DNA of 32,000 nucleotides from Erysipelotrichaceae bacterium OH741_COT-311 (GCA_003858585.1 RQZE01000008.1:30001-62000), one strand, 5' to 3'; counted from the first letter of the stretch, positions 8,252-19,842 are shown. Notes: a model not told the origin generated them from the letters alone. Numbers and translations are program-made.

Positions 8252-9979
8252 TTACTCTCCCTTTATTTCTAATGTATCTTGAAAAATATCTTGTAATTCT
8301 TGTAATTCTTTTTCTTCTTTACTCAAGCATACTTTACACTCATGTTTTGTAATCTTTGGACACATTGGTAATGTATCTTGTTTTCGATGTTTCATGAAAC
8401 TTTCAATTAATGCTTCTTTACGTTTTGTATCAATCGCATAAATCATTTTATCTAACTCTAAAACTTCTTTTAAAAATTGATACAATTCAACGTTGATTTC
8501 ATGTTCATTAATGGTTTTAACAATGGCACCCATCGTAGATTCAACCAAAAGATAATCTTCTCCACTGGCTACAATTTTAACATCCATTAATAGATTCGCA
8601 CTTTTCCCATAGTTTAGATCCAAACGATACTCTTGAATCTTTTTCCATAAAACTTCCTCTTTTTGACGATATTCCTTTTGTGCATAAGTCAATAAACCAA
8701 GTAAAAACGTATCTTCAAGTGGTTCATTGATATCTTGTTGTACCTCTTGTTGAGGTGTAGGTTCAATATTTCTTTCTTCTTCAGGATGTTCCGGTTCATC
8801 ATCCATGACTTCTTCTTTATCTTCAAGTAGTATTTCTTCGTTAATTTTTTCTACTTGTTTCTCTTTCTTTGTGGGCCCTTTTTCCTTGGTATCTTGTGTC
8901 TTTTTACTTAAACCACATAGTTTTAAAATGGCAATTTCAAAGTAAGATCCCGGATGAAACGCTGTCTTATATTTTTGACTTGTTTCTTGTAAAACTTCAA
9001 TATATTGTAATAAATCATCGATACTAAAGGTCTCTAATAGACTTTTAGCATGATGTTGGTTTATCTTCTTTAATAAGTTTTCATCTTGTTCATAGGCATA
9101 AATCATCGTTTCTTTTAAGATATTTAATAAATCGTTGGTTAAACGTTTAATATCAATGCCTGTATCTTCCATCGCTTTGATTTTTTCAATCAAGGCTTTG
9201 ACTTTCGATGAACGAATTTCTTTTAATAAATTGATTTTTTCTTGAGTAGTTAAAATTCCATAAACAGAGTTTACAAATTCTTCTTTTATTTCACTTGGAT
9301 TGTAGGCAATGCATTGATCTAAAATACTTAAGGCATCACGCATTCCTCCATCGGCTAAATCTGCGATTAACTCAAGCGCCACTAGATCATAAGCAATTCC
9401 TTCTTTCTTTAAGATTTTCATTAATGATGAAGAAATATCACTAACATCTACTTTATTGAAATGATAACGTTGACAACGTGAAATAATCGTTGGTAATACT
9501 TTTTGAGGATCGGTTGTCGCTAAGATAAAGATTACATGTGCCGGAGGTTCTTCCAGTGTTTTTAATAAGGCATTAAATGCACTATTGGATAACATGTGAA
9601 CTTCATCAATAATATAGACTTTATACTTTCCTTGAATTGGTGCATATTTTACTTTTTCAATGATTTCACGAATTTCTTCAACCCCGTTATTACTTGCAGC
9701 ATCTAGCTCAATAATATCCGGATGCACATTTTGATTGGCAGCAATACAATTTTCACACTGCATGCAAGGAATCTTTCCACTTCCAGTACAATTAATCGCT
9801 TTTGCCAAGAGTTTTGCAACACTTGTTTTTCCTGTACCACGTGGTCCTGAAAACAAATAAGCATGCGCAATTTTATTTTGATCAATCGCATTTTTCAATG
9901 TTTTTACGATGTAATCCTGTCCAACAACATCTTCAAATAAAGCAGGACGATAAATACGATACAATGCTTTATAACTCAA
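8252..9979 (-). CDS. dnaX: DNA polymerase III subunits gamma/tau
   Basis: It has Walker A GPRGTGKTSVAKLL, a Zn module (CxxC) and an acidic C-terminal half. The start codon is TTG (9979-9977), 8 nt after the SD AAGGAGG. An extended -10 (TGGTATAAT) lies upstream on the minus strand. Confidence 0.95.
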   Translation of the reverse strand: MSYKALYRIYRPALFEDVVGQDYIVKTLKNAIDQNKIAHAYLFSGPRGTGKTSVAKLLAKAINCTGSGKIPCMQCENCIAANQNVHPDIIELDAASNNGVEEIREIIEKVKYAPIQGKYKVYIIDEVHMLSNSAFNALLKTLEEPPAHVIFILATTDPQKVLPTIISRCQRYHFNKVDVSDISSSLMKILKKEGIAYDLVALELIADLADGGMRDALSILDQCIAYNPSEIKEEFVNSVYGILTTQEKINLLKEIRSSKVKALIEKIKAMEDTGIDIKRLTNDLLNILKETMIYAYEQDENLLKKINQHHAKSLLETFSIDDLLQYIEVLQETSQKYKTAFHPGSYFEIAILKLCGLSKKTQDTKEKGPTKKEKQVEKINEEILLEDKEEVMDDEPEHPEEERNIEPTPQQEVQQDINEPLEDTFLLGLLTYAQKEYRQKEEVLWKKIQEYRLDLNYGKSANLLMDVKIVASGEDYLLVESTMGAIVKTINEHEINVELYQFLKEVLELDKMIYAIDTKRKEALIESFMKHRKQDTLPMCPKITKHECKVCLSKEEKELQELQDIFQDTLEIKGE

Positions 9980-10067
9980 TGGATATTCCTCCTTGCTATT
10001 CCTATATTATACCAAATTTTAAGTCGTTTTAGGGTATCAATACAACAAAAATATGTGAATAATTTAA

Positions 10068-10517
10068 CTATCTTTTATTCTTAAAAAATTCTTTTAAAAT
10101 CTTTTGACAAGAATGTTTACATATTTCACTGGTAATCATCGGATAATGATTAAAGCCCTTAATTTCATCAAAGTTAATCAAAGAACCAAAACAACCACCC
10201 TTAGGATCTTGTGTACCATAAATGACACGCTGAATACGAGATTGGATAATTGCCCCTGCACACATGGGACAAGGTTCTAAGGTTACATAAAGTTGACATC
10301 CGTCTAAACGCCAAGAATTTAATTTCTTACATGCTTTTTTAATAGCTAGTAATTCGGCATGATCAATAACCACTTGGCTTGTTTCTTTTAAATTATGAGC
10401 ACTTGCGATGACTACACCATCTTTAACAATAACACAACCTACAGGAACTTCATCTTTTTGATAGGCTTTTTCTGCTTCTTTTAAAGCTAGTTCCATGTAA
10501 TACGTATCATTTTTCAT
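10068..10517 (-). CDS. tadA: tRNA adenosine(34) deaminase
   Basis: It carries the cytidine/deoxycytidylate deaminase zinc motifs HAELLAI and PCPMCAGAI. At 149 aa it is typical TadA size. Confidence 0.9.
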   Translation of the reverse strand: MKNDTYYMELALKEAEKAYQKDEVPVGCVIVKDGVVIASAHNLKETSQVVIDHAELLAIKKACKKLNSWRLDGCQLYVTLEPCPMCAGAIIQSRIQRVIYGTQDPKGGCFGSLINFDEIKGFNHYPMITSEICKHSCQKILKEFFKNKR

Positions 10518-10977
10518 GTAAGATCTCCTTATTGTTTAAAATAGCCTGTTTTAAGCAATCTCCTTGATATATTAACTTTAAAGAAAAAAATTCATTTGTT
10601 TCTAACAAAAGTTTTAAAAAGATACGGTCTCCTTGCCAAAGGTTCAAATCAAATACATCCTTCTTTTTTACCCATGCTAGAGTTCCTTCATCGCATTCCT
10701 TCAGTTCTCCACCTATATGATTACTTGTAAAGACATGCATATACTCTGTTTTACCATTATAGCTAAAGGTAACAATACCTCTGAATTGATATTTTAAAAT
10801 TGTTAATCCTGTTTCTTCATAGACTTCACGCATCATGGCTTCATCAGGACTTTCGCCGGTTTCAAATTTACCTCCAATGCCAATCCATTTATTTTTATTA
10901 ATATCATTCTCTTTTTTATTGCGATGCAGCATTAAGTAAGCATCGTTTTGATCAATATAGCATAGTGTTGTTAACAT
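10507..10977 (-). CDS. NUDIX hydrolase (MutT / 8-oxo-dGTP diphosphatase-like)
   Basis: It contains the Nudix box GGKFETGESPDEAMMREVYEETGL. It overlaps the tadA start by 11 nt. Confidence 0.8.
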   Translation of the reverse strand: MLTTLCYIDQNDAYLMLHRNKKENDINKNKWIGIGGKFETGESPDEAMMREVYEETGLTILKYQFRGIVTFSYNGKTEYMHVFTSNHIGGELKECDEGTLAWVKKKDVFDLNLWQGDRIFLKLLLETNEFFSLKLIYQGDCLKQAILNNKEILHEK

Positions 10978-10994
10978 GGTGTATTCTCCTAATT

Positions 10995-11075
10995 AAAAAT
11001 GGTACACACAATTAGAGGCTCGTATGGCTGCTTCATTCCTGACCTGACCAGATTAGAACATAATTGTTGTACCGT
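10995..11075 (-). ncRNA. ffs: small (4.5S-type, Alu-less) signal recognition particle RNA; ends are good to about 5 nt
   Basis: The minus strand reads GGTACAACAATTATGTTCTAATCTGGTCAGGTCAGGAATGAAGCAGCCATACGAGCCTCTAATTGTGTGTACC-ATTTTT. The core GGUCAGGUCA-GGAA-UGAAGCAGCC matches the universally conserved SRP RNA helix 8 (E. coli: CAGGUCAGGUCCGGAAGGAAGCAGCC) with a GGAA tetraloop. The 5' and 3' ends pair for 13 bp with one bulge, and a T-run follows. Confidence 0.85.
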
Positions 11076-11080
11076 ATGAT

Positions 11081-11109
11081 ATTTTAACTTATTTCCATGA
11101 ATTATTCAA
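11081..11109 (-). promoter_or_regulatory. promoter of the SRP RNA gene
   Basis: On the minus strand: TTGAAT (11109-11104), a 17-nt spacer, then TAAAAT (11086-11081). This places the transcription start about 6-8 nt downstream, at the first paired bases of the RNA. Confidence 0.6.
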
Positions 11110-11122
11110 GTTTAATCCTTCG

Positions 11123-11140
11123 ATGTTTCACGTGAAACAT
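11123..11140. repeat. 18-bp perfect palindrome ATGTTTCACGTGAAACAT, copy 1, at the serS stop codon
   Basis: Read directly from the sequence. Its last base is the first base of the complement of the serS TAA (11140-11142). It lies 13 nt upstream of the SRP RNA promoter -35. Confidence 0.9.
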
Positions 11141-12423
11141 TAAGCTTTTACAATCTTATCTTTTCCACCCATATAAGGTCTTAATGCTTCCGGTATATTT
11201 ACACTACCATCTTCATTTAAATTATTTTCTAAGAAAACAATTAGCATGCGTGGAGGAGCAACTACTGTGTTATTTAATGTATGAGCAAAATACTTTCCAT
11301 TTTCTCCATTAACACGAATACCTAAACGTCGTGCTTGTGCATCTCCTAAGTTTGAACAAGATCCTACTTCAAAATATTTCTTTTGTCTTGGTGACCAAGC
11401 TTCCACATCAAAGGATTTAACCTTTAAATCTGCAAGATCTCCACTACAACACTCCAATGTACGAACCGGAATATCCAATGTACGAAAGAAATCTACCGTA
11501 TTTTGCCATAATTTCTTAAACCATTCCATACTCTCTTCCGGTTTACATACAACAATCATCTCTTGTTTTTCAAATTGGTGAACACGATAAACTCCACGTT
11601 CTTCAATGCCATGAGCACCTACTTCTTTTCTAAAGCATGGTGAATAGCTTGTATATGCGTATGGTAGTTTTGTTTCATCTAAAATACTATCAATGAATTT
11701 TCCTATCATAGAATGCTCAGATGTACCAATTAAATATAAATCTTCTCCTTCAATTTTATACATCATATTTTCCATTTCCGCAAAAGACATGACACCTGTT
11801 ACTACATCACTACGAATCATATATGGTGGAATACAGTAAGTAAAGCCACGATCAATCATAAAATCACGAGCATAGCTTAAAATCGCACTATGTAAACGAG
11901 CGATATCGCCCATTAAGTAATAAAATCCATTTCCACTTGTTTTACGTGCACTATCTAAATCAATACCATTTAGATGTTCCATAATTTCAGCATGATATGG
12001 AATTTCAAAATCAGGCACCTTTGGTTCACCAAAGCGTTCTACTTCAACGTTTTCACTATCATCTTTACCCAGAGGAACACTTGGATCAATGATATTCGGT
12101 AGTTTTAGCATAATTTCTCTTAATTCTTTTTGATTTATTTCTTCAAGACTTTCTAAGTCTTCAATCTCTTTTGCGATTAACCCAACTTCTTTTTTAATTT
12201 CTTCTGCTTTTTCTTTTAATCCTTGTGCCATCATCTTACCAATTTCTTTTGATTTTAGATTACGACGACTTCTTAATTCATCGGCTTTACTTTTAGCATT
12301 ACGGAATTGTTTATCCAATTCTAATACACGATCTACAAGGACCAATTTCGATTCTTGGTACTTCTTCTTAATATTTTCCTTGACTAATTCGGCATTTTCT
12401 CTTATTAACTTAATATCTAGCAT
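11140..12423 (-). CDS. serS: serine--tRNA ligase
   Basis: 427 aa with an N-terminal coiled-coil arm and a class II catalytic core. It has SD AAGGAGG and is preceded by a T-box leader. Confidence 0.95.
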   Translation of the reverse strand: MLDIKLIRENAELVKENIKKKYQESKLVLVDRVLELDKQFRNAKSKADELRSRRNLKSKEIGKMMAQGLKEKAEEIKKEVGLIAKEIEDLESLEEINQKELREIMLKLPNIIDPSVPLGKDDSENVEVERFGEPKVPDFEIPYHAEIMEHLNGIDLDSARKTSGNGFYYLMGDIARLHSAILSYARDFMIDRGFTYCIPPYMIRSDVVTGVMSFAEMENMMYKIEGEDLYLIGTSEHSMIGKFIDSILDETKLPYAYTSYSPCFRKEVGAHGIEERGVYRVHQFEKQEMIVVCKPEESMEWFKKLWQNTVDFFRTLDIPVRTLECCSGDLADLKVKSFDVEAWSPRQKKYFEVGSCSNLGDAQARRLGIRVNGENGKYFAHTLNNTVVAPPRMLIVFLENNLNEDGSVNIPEALRPYMGGKDKIVKA

Positions 12424-12440
12424 ACGTCCTCCTTATTAAT

Positions 12441-12655
12441 AAAAAAGAGATACCATCTAAAGGACGATATCTCGTGTTGCCACCTTCATTGCAAAATGTT
12501 TCACGTGAAACATTTTACCACTCAAACTATAACGCAGCGATGCGGGAAGGATTAGTTCCACTAAAAGGTAGATTTCATTTATACTTCTTAATGACTCGCA
12601 TCAACCGTCATCTTTCTTAAAAGAAGTTATCAATTACTTATCCTTTATCATTGTT
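12441..12655 (-). promoter_or_regulatory. T-box riboswitch leader (tRNA-Ser responsive) controlling serS
   Basis: All on the minus strand. Stem I has a GA-type element AATGATAAAGGATAAGTA, helix ACTTCTT/AAGAAGT and an AG-rich bulge. A candidate specifier UCU is followed by A (GAAA-UCU-A, 12572-12570). The T-box sequence is AATGAAGGTGGCAACACGAG (12490-12471). The terminator GAGATATC...GGTATCTC plus TTTTTT spans 12473-12441, directly before the serS SD. Confidence 0.85.
12493..12516. repeat. 24-bp perfect palindrome AAAATGTTTCACGTGAAACATTTT, copy 2, containing the same 18-bp core
   Basis: Read directly from the sequence. It sits inside the serS leader where T-box stem III is expected, immediately 5' of the T-box sequence. 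Confidence 0.9.
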
Positions 12656-12740
12656 ATACTAGTATTTAATCACTATAGTTAGCAAAATGCAATAAATTTA
12701 AAGTATAAATTTACGAAAAACACTATTTCATATACATCAT

Positions 12741-12770
12741 AAAAAAGAAGTGTAATTATTTCTACACTTC
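12741..12770 (-). terminator. rho-independent terminator of gyrA
   Basis: The minus strand reads GAAGTGTA-GAAATAAT-TACACTTC-TTTTTT. The 8-bp stem includes the gyrA stop codon. Confidence 0.7.
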
Positions 12771-15245
12771 TAATTGTTCTTCCATAACATCTTCAGCTTC
12801 TTCAATGTTATCTTCACTGCTAGTAATAATCGCAACGGTACTCACTTTACTACCTTCTGTCGGTTTCATTAAGCGAACCCCTTGTGTTGAGCGTCCTAAT
12901 GTTGATACTTTTGATAAATTAATACGAATAACAATACCATCATCCGTCATGATTAAACAATCTTCATCTCCATTAACCGCTCTTAAGGATACAAGTTGTC
13001 CATTTTTCTCAGTAACCTTAATTGTTGATACCCCTTTTCCTCCTCGAGAAGTAATACGGTAATCTTCAAGGTTTGATTTTTTACCATATCCATTTTCTGA
13101 TACAACAAGTAAGAAGTTTCCGTTACTTGATGTAGCCATACCAACAACATAGCCACCATCGACGTTCATACCTTTAATACCGGTCGCTGTTCTTCCCATA
13201 CTACGAACACATTTTTCATCAAAACGTACGGCTTTTCCATTGCTTGCAGCAATAATAATATCATCGTTTCCTGTAGTAGGACGAACCATAACTAATTGAT
13301 CGTCTTCTTTTAAGTGAATCGCAATCTTACCATTTTTATTGATATTTTCAAATTCACTAACAGAAGTCTTTTTCACAAGACCTTTTTTTGTTGTAAAGAA
13401 TAGATATTTATATTGTTCATTATCCTTTTTAATTGGAACAAGTGCTTTTACTTTTTCATCTTTATCAAGATCAATTAAGTTAATCGCCGGAATTCCTTTT
13501 GAAGTACGAGATGCCTCCGGAACTTTATAGCCCTTAATGCGATATACTCGACCAAAGTCCGTAAACAGTAATAAGTAGTCATGGGTTGACATTGAGATAA
13601 AAGAATCAATGACATCATCTTCATTTACACTCATACCTTTAACACCACGACCTCCACGGTTTTGAATCTTATACGTATCTTGATTAATACGTTTCATATA
13701 TCCATTCACCGTCATTGAAATAATAATATCTTCTACCGGTATTAAATCTTCATCTTCAACTTCCAATACTCCTTCTAAGATTTCACTACGACGAGCATCT
13801 CCATATTTTTCTTTGACTTCTAACAATTCCTGTTTAATGATTGCAATAACACGATCATGATTTGCAAGAATGTCCTTTAAGTCTTCAATGATATGTAACA
13901 TTTCTTGATATTCTGCAACAATCTTATCACGCTCTAAGCCGGTAAGACGTTTGAATTGCATATCTAAAATTGCTTTTGCTTGAATTTCCGTTAATTCAAA
14001 GCGATTCATTAACTCTTGCATCGCCAATGCAGTATCTTTTGAATTACGTATTAACGTTAAAATTTCATCAATGTGATCAATCGCAACTTTTAATCCTAAT
14101 AAGATATGTGCACGATCTTCCGCTTTCTTTAATTCAAATTGTGTACGTCGTACCACAACATCCACTTGGTGCTTCGCATAATACTTTAAGACCTCTTTTA
14201 ATCCTAGTTGCATAGGAACATTATTTACCAATACAATGGTATTAACACCAAAGGATGTTTGTAAGGCAGTCATGCGGTATAACTGATTTAAAATAACTTC
14301 CACTTGAGCATCTTTTTTACATTCAATAACAATACGAATCCCTTTCATACTTGATTCATCCGTTAAATCGGTAATTCCTTCAATTAAGCGATCACGTACT
14401 AAAGACGCTATTTTCTCAACTAAATTTGCTTTATTAACAAGATATGGAATTTCATAAATAACAATACGTTTTTTCCCATTAGAAAGTTCTTCAATATTGA
14501 CTTTACTACGAATGACAATGCTTCCACGTCCTGTTTCATAGGCTTGTTTAATTCCTGCTCGACCTAAAATATAGCCTCCGGTTGGAAAGTCGGGTCCACT
14601 GATGTAGTTATCCATCAATTCAACCACACTAATATCCGGATGTTCCATAACCGCAATGGTTGCGTCAATGGTTTCTGCAATGTTATGTGGAGGAATATTC
14701 GTTGCCATTCCTACAGCTATTCCGCTTGTTCCATTTACCAGTAAGTTAGGAAATTTGGAAGGTAATACTACCGGTTCCTTTTCTTCTCCATCATAGTTAT
14801 CCATCCAATCAACCGTATCTTTTTGAATGTCTTTTAACATTTCCATGGAAATTTTTGACATACGTGCTTCCGTATAACGCATTGCCGCTGCTCCATCTCC
14901 ATCCAAAGATCCAAAGTTACCATGACCATCCACCAATGGATAACGATAACTAAAGTCTTGTGCCATACGTACCATCGTTTCATAAACTGCAACATCGCCA
15001 TGAGGATGGTATTTCCCGATAACATCCCCAACAATACGAGCAGATTTCTTATGTGGTTTCTCCGCTACAATTCCTAAGGCATTCATCGCATATAAAATAC
15101 GACGATGTACCGGCTTTAAACCATCACGAACATCCGGTAAGGCACGTGATACGATAACTGACATTGAATAATCAAGAAAGCTTGTACGCATTTCTTTGGA
15201 AATATTTACTTGAACAATTTTTCCATGGTTAAATTTTTCTTCCAT
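12762..15245 (-). CDS. gyrA: DNA gyrase subunit A
   Basis: 827 aa with the active-site region [16 protein letters not shown], a QRDR-like segment [17 protein letters not shown]-terminal beta-pinwheel repeats and an acidic tail. Confidence 0.97.
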   Translation of the reverse strand: MEEKFNHGKIVQVNISKEMRTSFLDYSMSVIVSRALPDVRDGLKPVHRRILYAMNALGIVAEKPHKKSARIVGDVIGKYHPHGDVAVYETMVRMAQDFSYRYPLVDGHGNFGSLDGDGAAAMRYTEARMSKISMEMLKDIQKDTVDWMDNYDGEEKEPVVLPSKFPNLLVNGTSGIAVGMATNIPPHNIAETIDATIAVMEHPDISVVELMDNYISGPDFPTGGYILGRAGIKQAYETGRGSIVIRSKVNIEELSNGKKRIVIYEIPYLVNKANLVEKIASLVRDRLIEGITDLTDESSMKGIRIVIECKKDAQVEVILNQLYRMTALQTSFGVNTIVLVNNVPMQLGLKEVLKYYAKHQVDVVVRRTQFELKKAEDRAHILLGLKVAIDHIDEILTLIRNSKDTALAMQELMNRFELTEIQAKAILDMQFKRLTGLERDKIVAEYQEMLHIIEDLKDILANHDRVIAIIKQELLEVKEKYGDARRSEILEGVLEVEDEDLIPVEDIIISMTVNGYMKRINQDTYKIQNRGGRGVKGMSVNEDDVIDSFISMSTHDYLLLFTDFGRVYRIKGYKVPEASRTSKGIPAINLIDLDKDEKVKALVPIKKDNEQYKYLFFTTKKGLVKKTSVSEFENINKNGKIAIHLKEDDQLVMVRPTTGNDDIIIAASNGKAVRFDEKCVRSMGRTATGIKGMNVDGGYVVGMATSSNGNFLLVVSENGYGKKSNLEDYRITSRGGKGVSTIKVTEKNGQLVSLRAVNGDEDCLIMTDDGIVIRINLSKVSTLGRSTQGVRLMKPTEGSKVSTVAIITSSEDNIEEAEDVMEEQLEV

Positions 15246-15255
15246 ATAAGCCTCC

Positions 15256-18252
<2,997 letters not shown>

Positions 18253-18256
<4 letters not shown>

Positions 18257-18462
18257 CGATCTTTTACAATTTGATATGTACTTCCTTCTATTACAACAAT
18301 ATCCCCATGATACAACTTACGTCCACGACGATCTTCTTTTGCATTATTTACAGTGATGTTTAGTTGTTTTACCATACATTTAGCTTGACCGCCACTTTGG
18401 ATATAATCCGTTAATTTTAATAATTGTCCAAGGGTAATATATTCACTTGTAATATGAATCAT
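18253..18462 (-). CDS. yaaA: S4-domain RNA-binding protein YaaA
   Basis: 69 aa, ...ITLGQLLKLTDYIQSGGQAKCMV... It occupies the conserved dnaN-yaaA-recF position of Firmicutes. Confidence 0.85.
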
Positions 18463-18512
18463 AATATCAATTTCCTTTTTTATACTAGATTATTATATCA
18501 TAGTTTAATGTA

Positions 18513-18528
18513 ATGTAGGTACCTACAT
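18513..18528. repeat. 16-bp perfect palindrome ATGTAGGTACCTACAT over the -35 region of the yaaA-recF-gyrB-gyrA promoter
   Basis: Read directly from the sequence. On the minus strand an extended -10 (TGATATAAT) has its TATAAT at 18497-18492. A 17-nt spacer puts the -35 at 18520-18515, inside the palindrome. Confidence 0.8.
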
Positions 18529-18532
18529 ATAA

Positions 18533-18566
18533 AATAAAAAAAGCGCTTATTTTCAAAATAAACGCT
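18533..18566 (-). terminator. rho-independent terminator of dnaN
   Basis: The minus strand reads AGCGTTTATTTT-G-AAAATAAGCGCT followed by an 8-9-nt T-run. The stem is near-perfect with one G-U pair, and starts 12 nt after the dnaN stop. Confidence 0.7.
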
Positions 18567-18577
18567 ATATTCTAACA

Positions 18578-19702
18578 TTAGTTATAACTTCTTACCGGTA
18601 ATACTAACTGAATAATACTTTCATCAACTAAAGAATTAATAATAAACTGCTTCATTTCTCCACTGAAGTTAATCTTAACACGGGCATTTCCTAAAGCACG
18701 TAAAGCTTCAATGACATAACGACCGCTAAATGATAACTCAATCGGTTCTCCTTGATAGATAGCTCCATCTAATAATTCTTCTGATGATCCTACTTCTTGA
18801 CTTCTCGATGAAACAATGACTTCTTCCGGACTTGCGGTTAATTTAATAATACTGATTCCTTCATTTTTAATGAAAGAAGCACGGTCAATCGCTTTTAATA
18901 ATTCATAACCATCTACCTCTAAGAAACGATTAAAGTCTTTTAAAATCAAACGTTCTGCATCCGGATAATCTTCATTGATTAAACGAGTTTGAATGATGGT
19001 AGTATCAATAAAGAATTGTGCTTTTTTATTTGATACTGAAACTTGAATGTCTTTTTCTTCATTTAATGATTTTAAAACTTCATTTAAACTCTTTGCCGGA
19101 ATTGTAATATTAAAAGTATTTGGTGTATCCAAATCTACCGTTTTTAATGCTAAACGATAGCTATCGGTAGCAATACATTTTAATTCATTACCGGAAGCTT
19201 TAAAATTTACTCCTGTTAAAGCAGGACGTGTTTCTTTATCTGATGTTGCGAAAGTAGTTTGATTGATAATATCAACTAACGTTTTAGATGGCAAGGTAAA
19301 AGATTGTTCACATACGGTAAAATCAATTAATGGATAATCCGTACTTCGAATACCATTGATATTAAATTCAGCATGATCACCACTGATTTTTGTTAATGAA
19401 CCATCTACAATTTCAATCGTAATTTCACTGCTTTCAATCTTACGAACAATTTCCATGATATATCTTGATTCAATAACAATACTACCTACTTCATTAACAA
19501 TTAAGTTTAATTGTTCATTAGTATCATTGGATAATCTTGTTTGTATTGAAATATTAGAATCGGAACCTGTTAAAATTAATTCATTGTCTTTTACATCGAT
19601 TTTGATACCTGTTAAAGAAGGTAATGGAGAATTATGAGAAACTGCACCTGCCACAATTGTAAGCGCATTGTAAAATGCTTTTTTTGAAACAATAAAATTC
19701 AT
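18578..19702 (-). CDS. dnaN: DNA polymerase III beta sliding clamp
   Basis: 374 aa with a three-domain clamp-like sequence, directly downstream of dnaA. Confidence 0.95.
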   Translation of the reverse strand: MNFIVSKKAFYNALTIVAGAVSHNSPLPSLTGIKIDVKDNELILTGSDSNISIQTRLSNDTNEQLNLIVNEVGSIVIESRYIMEIVRKIESSEITIEIVDGSLTKISGDHAEFNINGIRSTDYPLIDFTVCEQSFTLPSKTLVDIINQTTFATSDKETRPALTGVNFKASGNELKCIATDSYRLALKTVDLDTPNTFNITIPAKSLNEVLKSLNEEKDIQVSVSNKKAQFFIDTTIIQTRLINEDYPDAERLILKDFNRFLEVDGYELLKAIDRASFIKNEGISIIKLTASPEEVIVSSRSQEVGSSEELLDGAIYQGEPIELSFSGRYVIEALRALGNARVKINFSGEMKQFIINSLVDESIIQLVLPVRSYN

Positions 19703-19749
19703 AGCGTTACTCCTTTTTATTTTTTATAAAGATTAAATACTATTAGGAC

Positions 19750-19842
19750 TGTGGATACTGTGTATAAGTTATAAAAGTCCTTATATACTAAAACTATTCT
19801 ATCAAATTTTTATGTTAATTAAAAGTGAATAATTGTGGATAA
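19750..19842. promoter_or_regulatory. oriC part 2: DnaA boxes plus an AT-rich candidate unwinding region in the dnaA-dnaN spacer
   Basis: A perfect box TTATCCACA (complement of 19834-19842) abuts the dnaA stop. TTATTCACT lies at the complement of 19824-19832 and GTATCCACA at the complement of 19750-19758. About 50 nt of nearly pure A/T (about 19775-19823) lies between them. Confidence 0.75.

Noticed and set aside
8870-8910. A possible programmed -1 frameshift site in dnaX (gamma versus tau), near the lysine-rich ...SKKTQDTKEKGPTKKEK... region.
   Set aside because: The minus strand has AGT-AAA-AAG-ACA and GAA-AAA-GGG. It does not have a true X-XXY-YYZ heptamer such as A-AAA-AAG, and I see no convincing downstream hairpin. 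I cannot support a frameshift signal.
19775-19823. DnaA-trio (phased 5'-TAG-3'-type) repeats next to the dnaA-dnaN DnaA boxes.
   Set aside because: The minus strand has GATAGAATAGTTTTAGT with three TAGs, but their starts are 5 and 6 nt apart and so not in 3-nt phase. This does not support a trio array, and only the AT-richness is solid.
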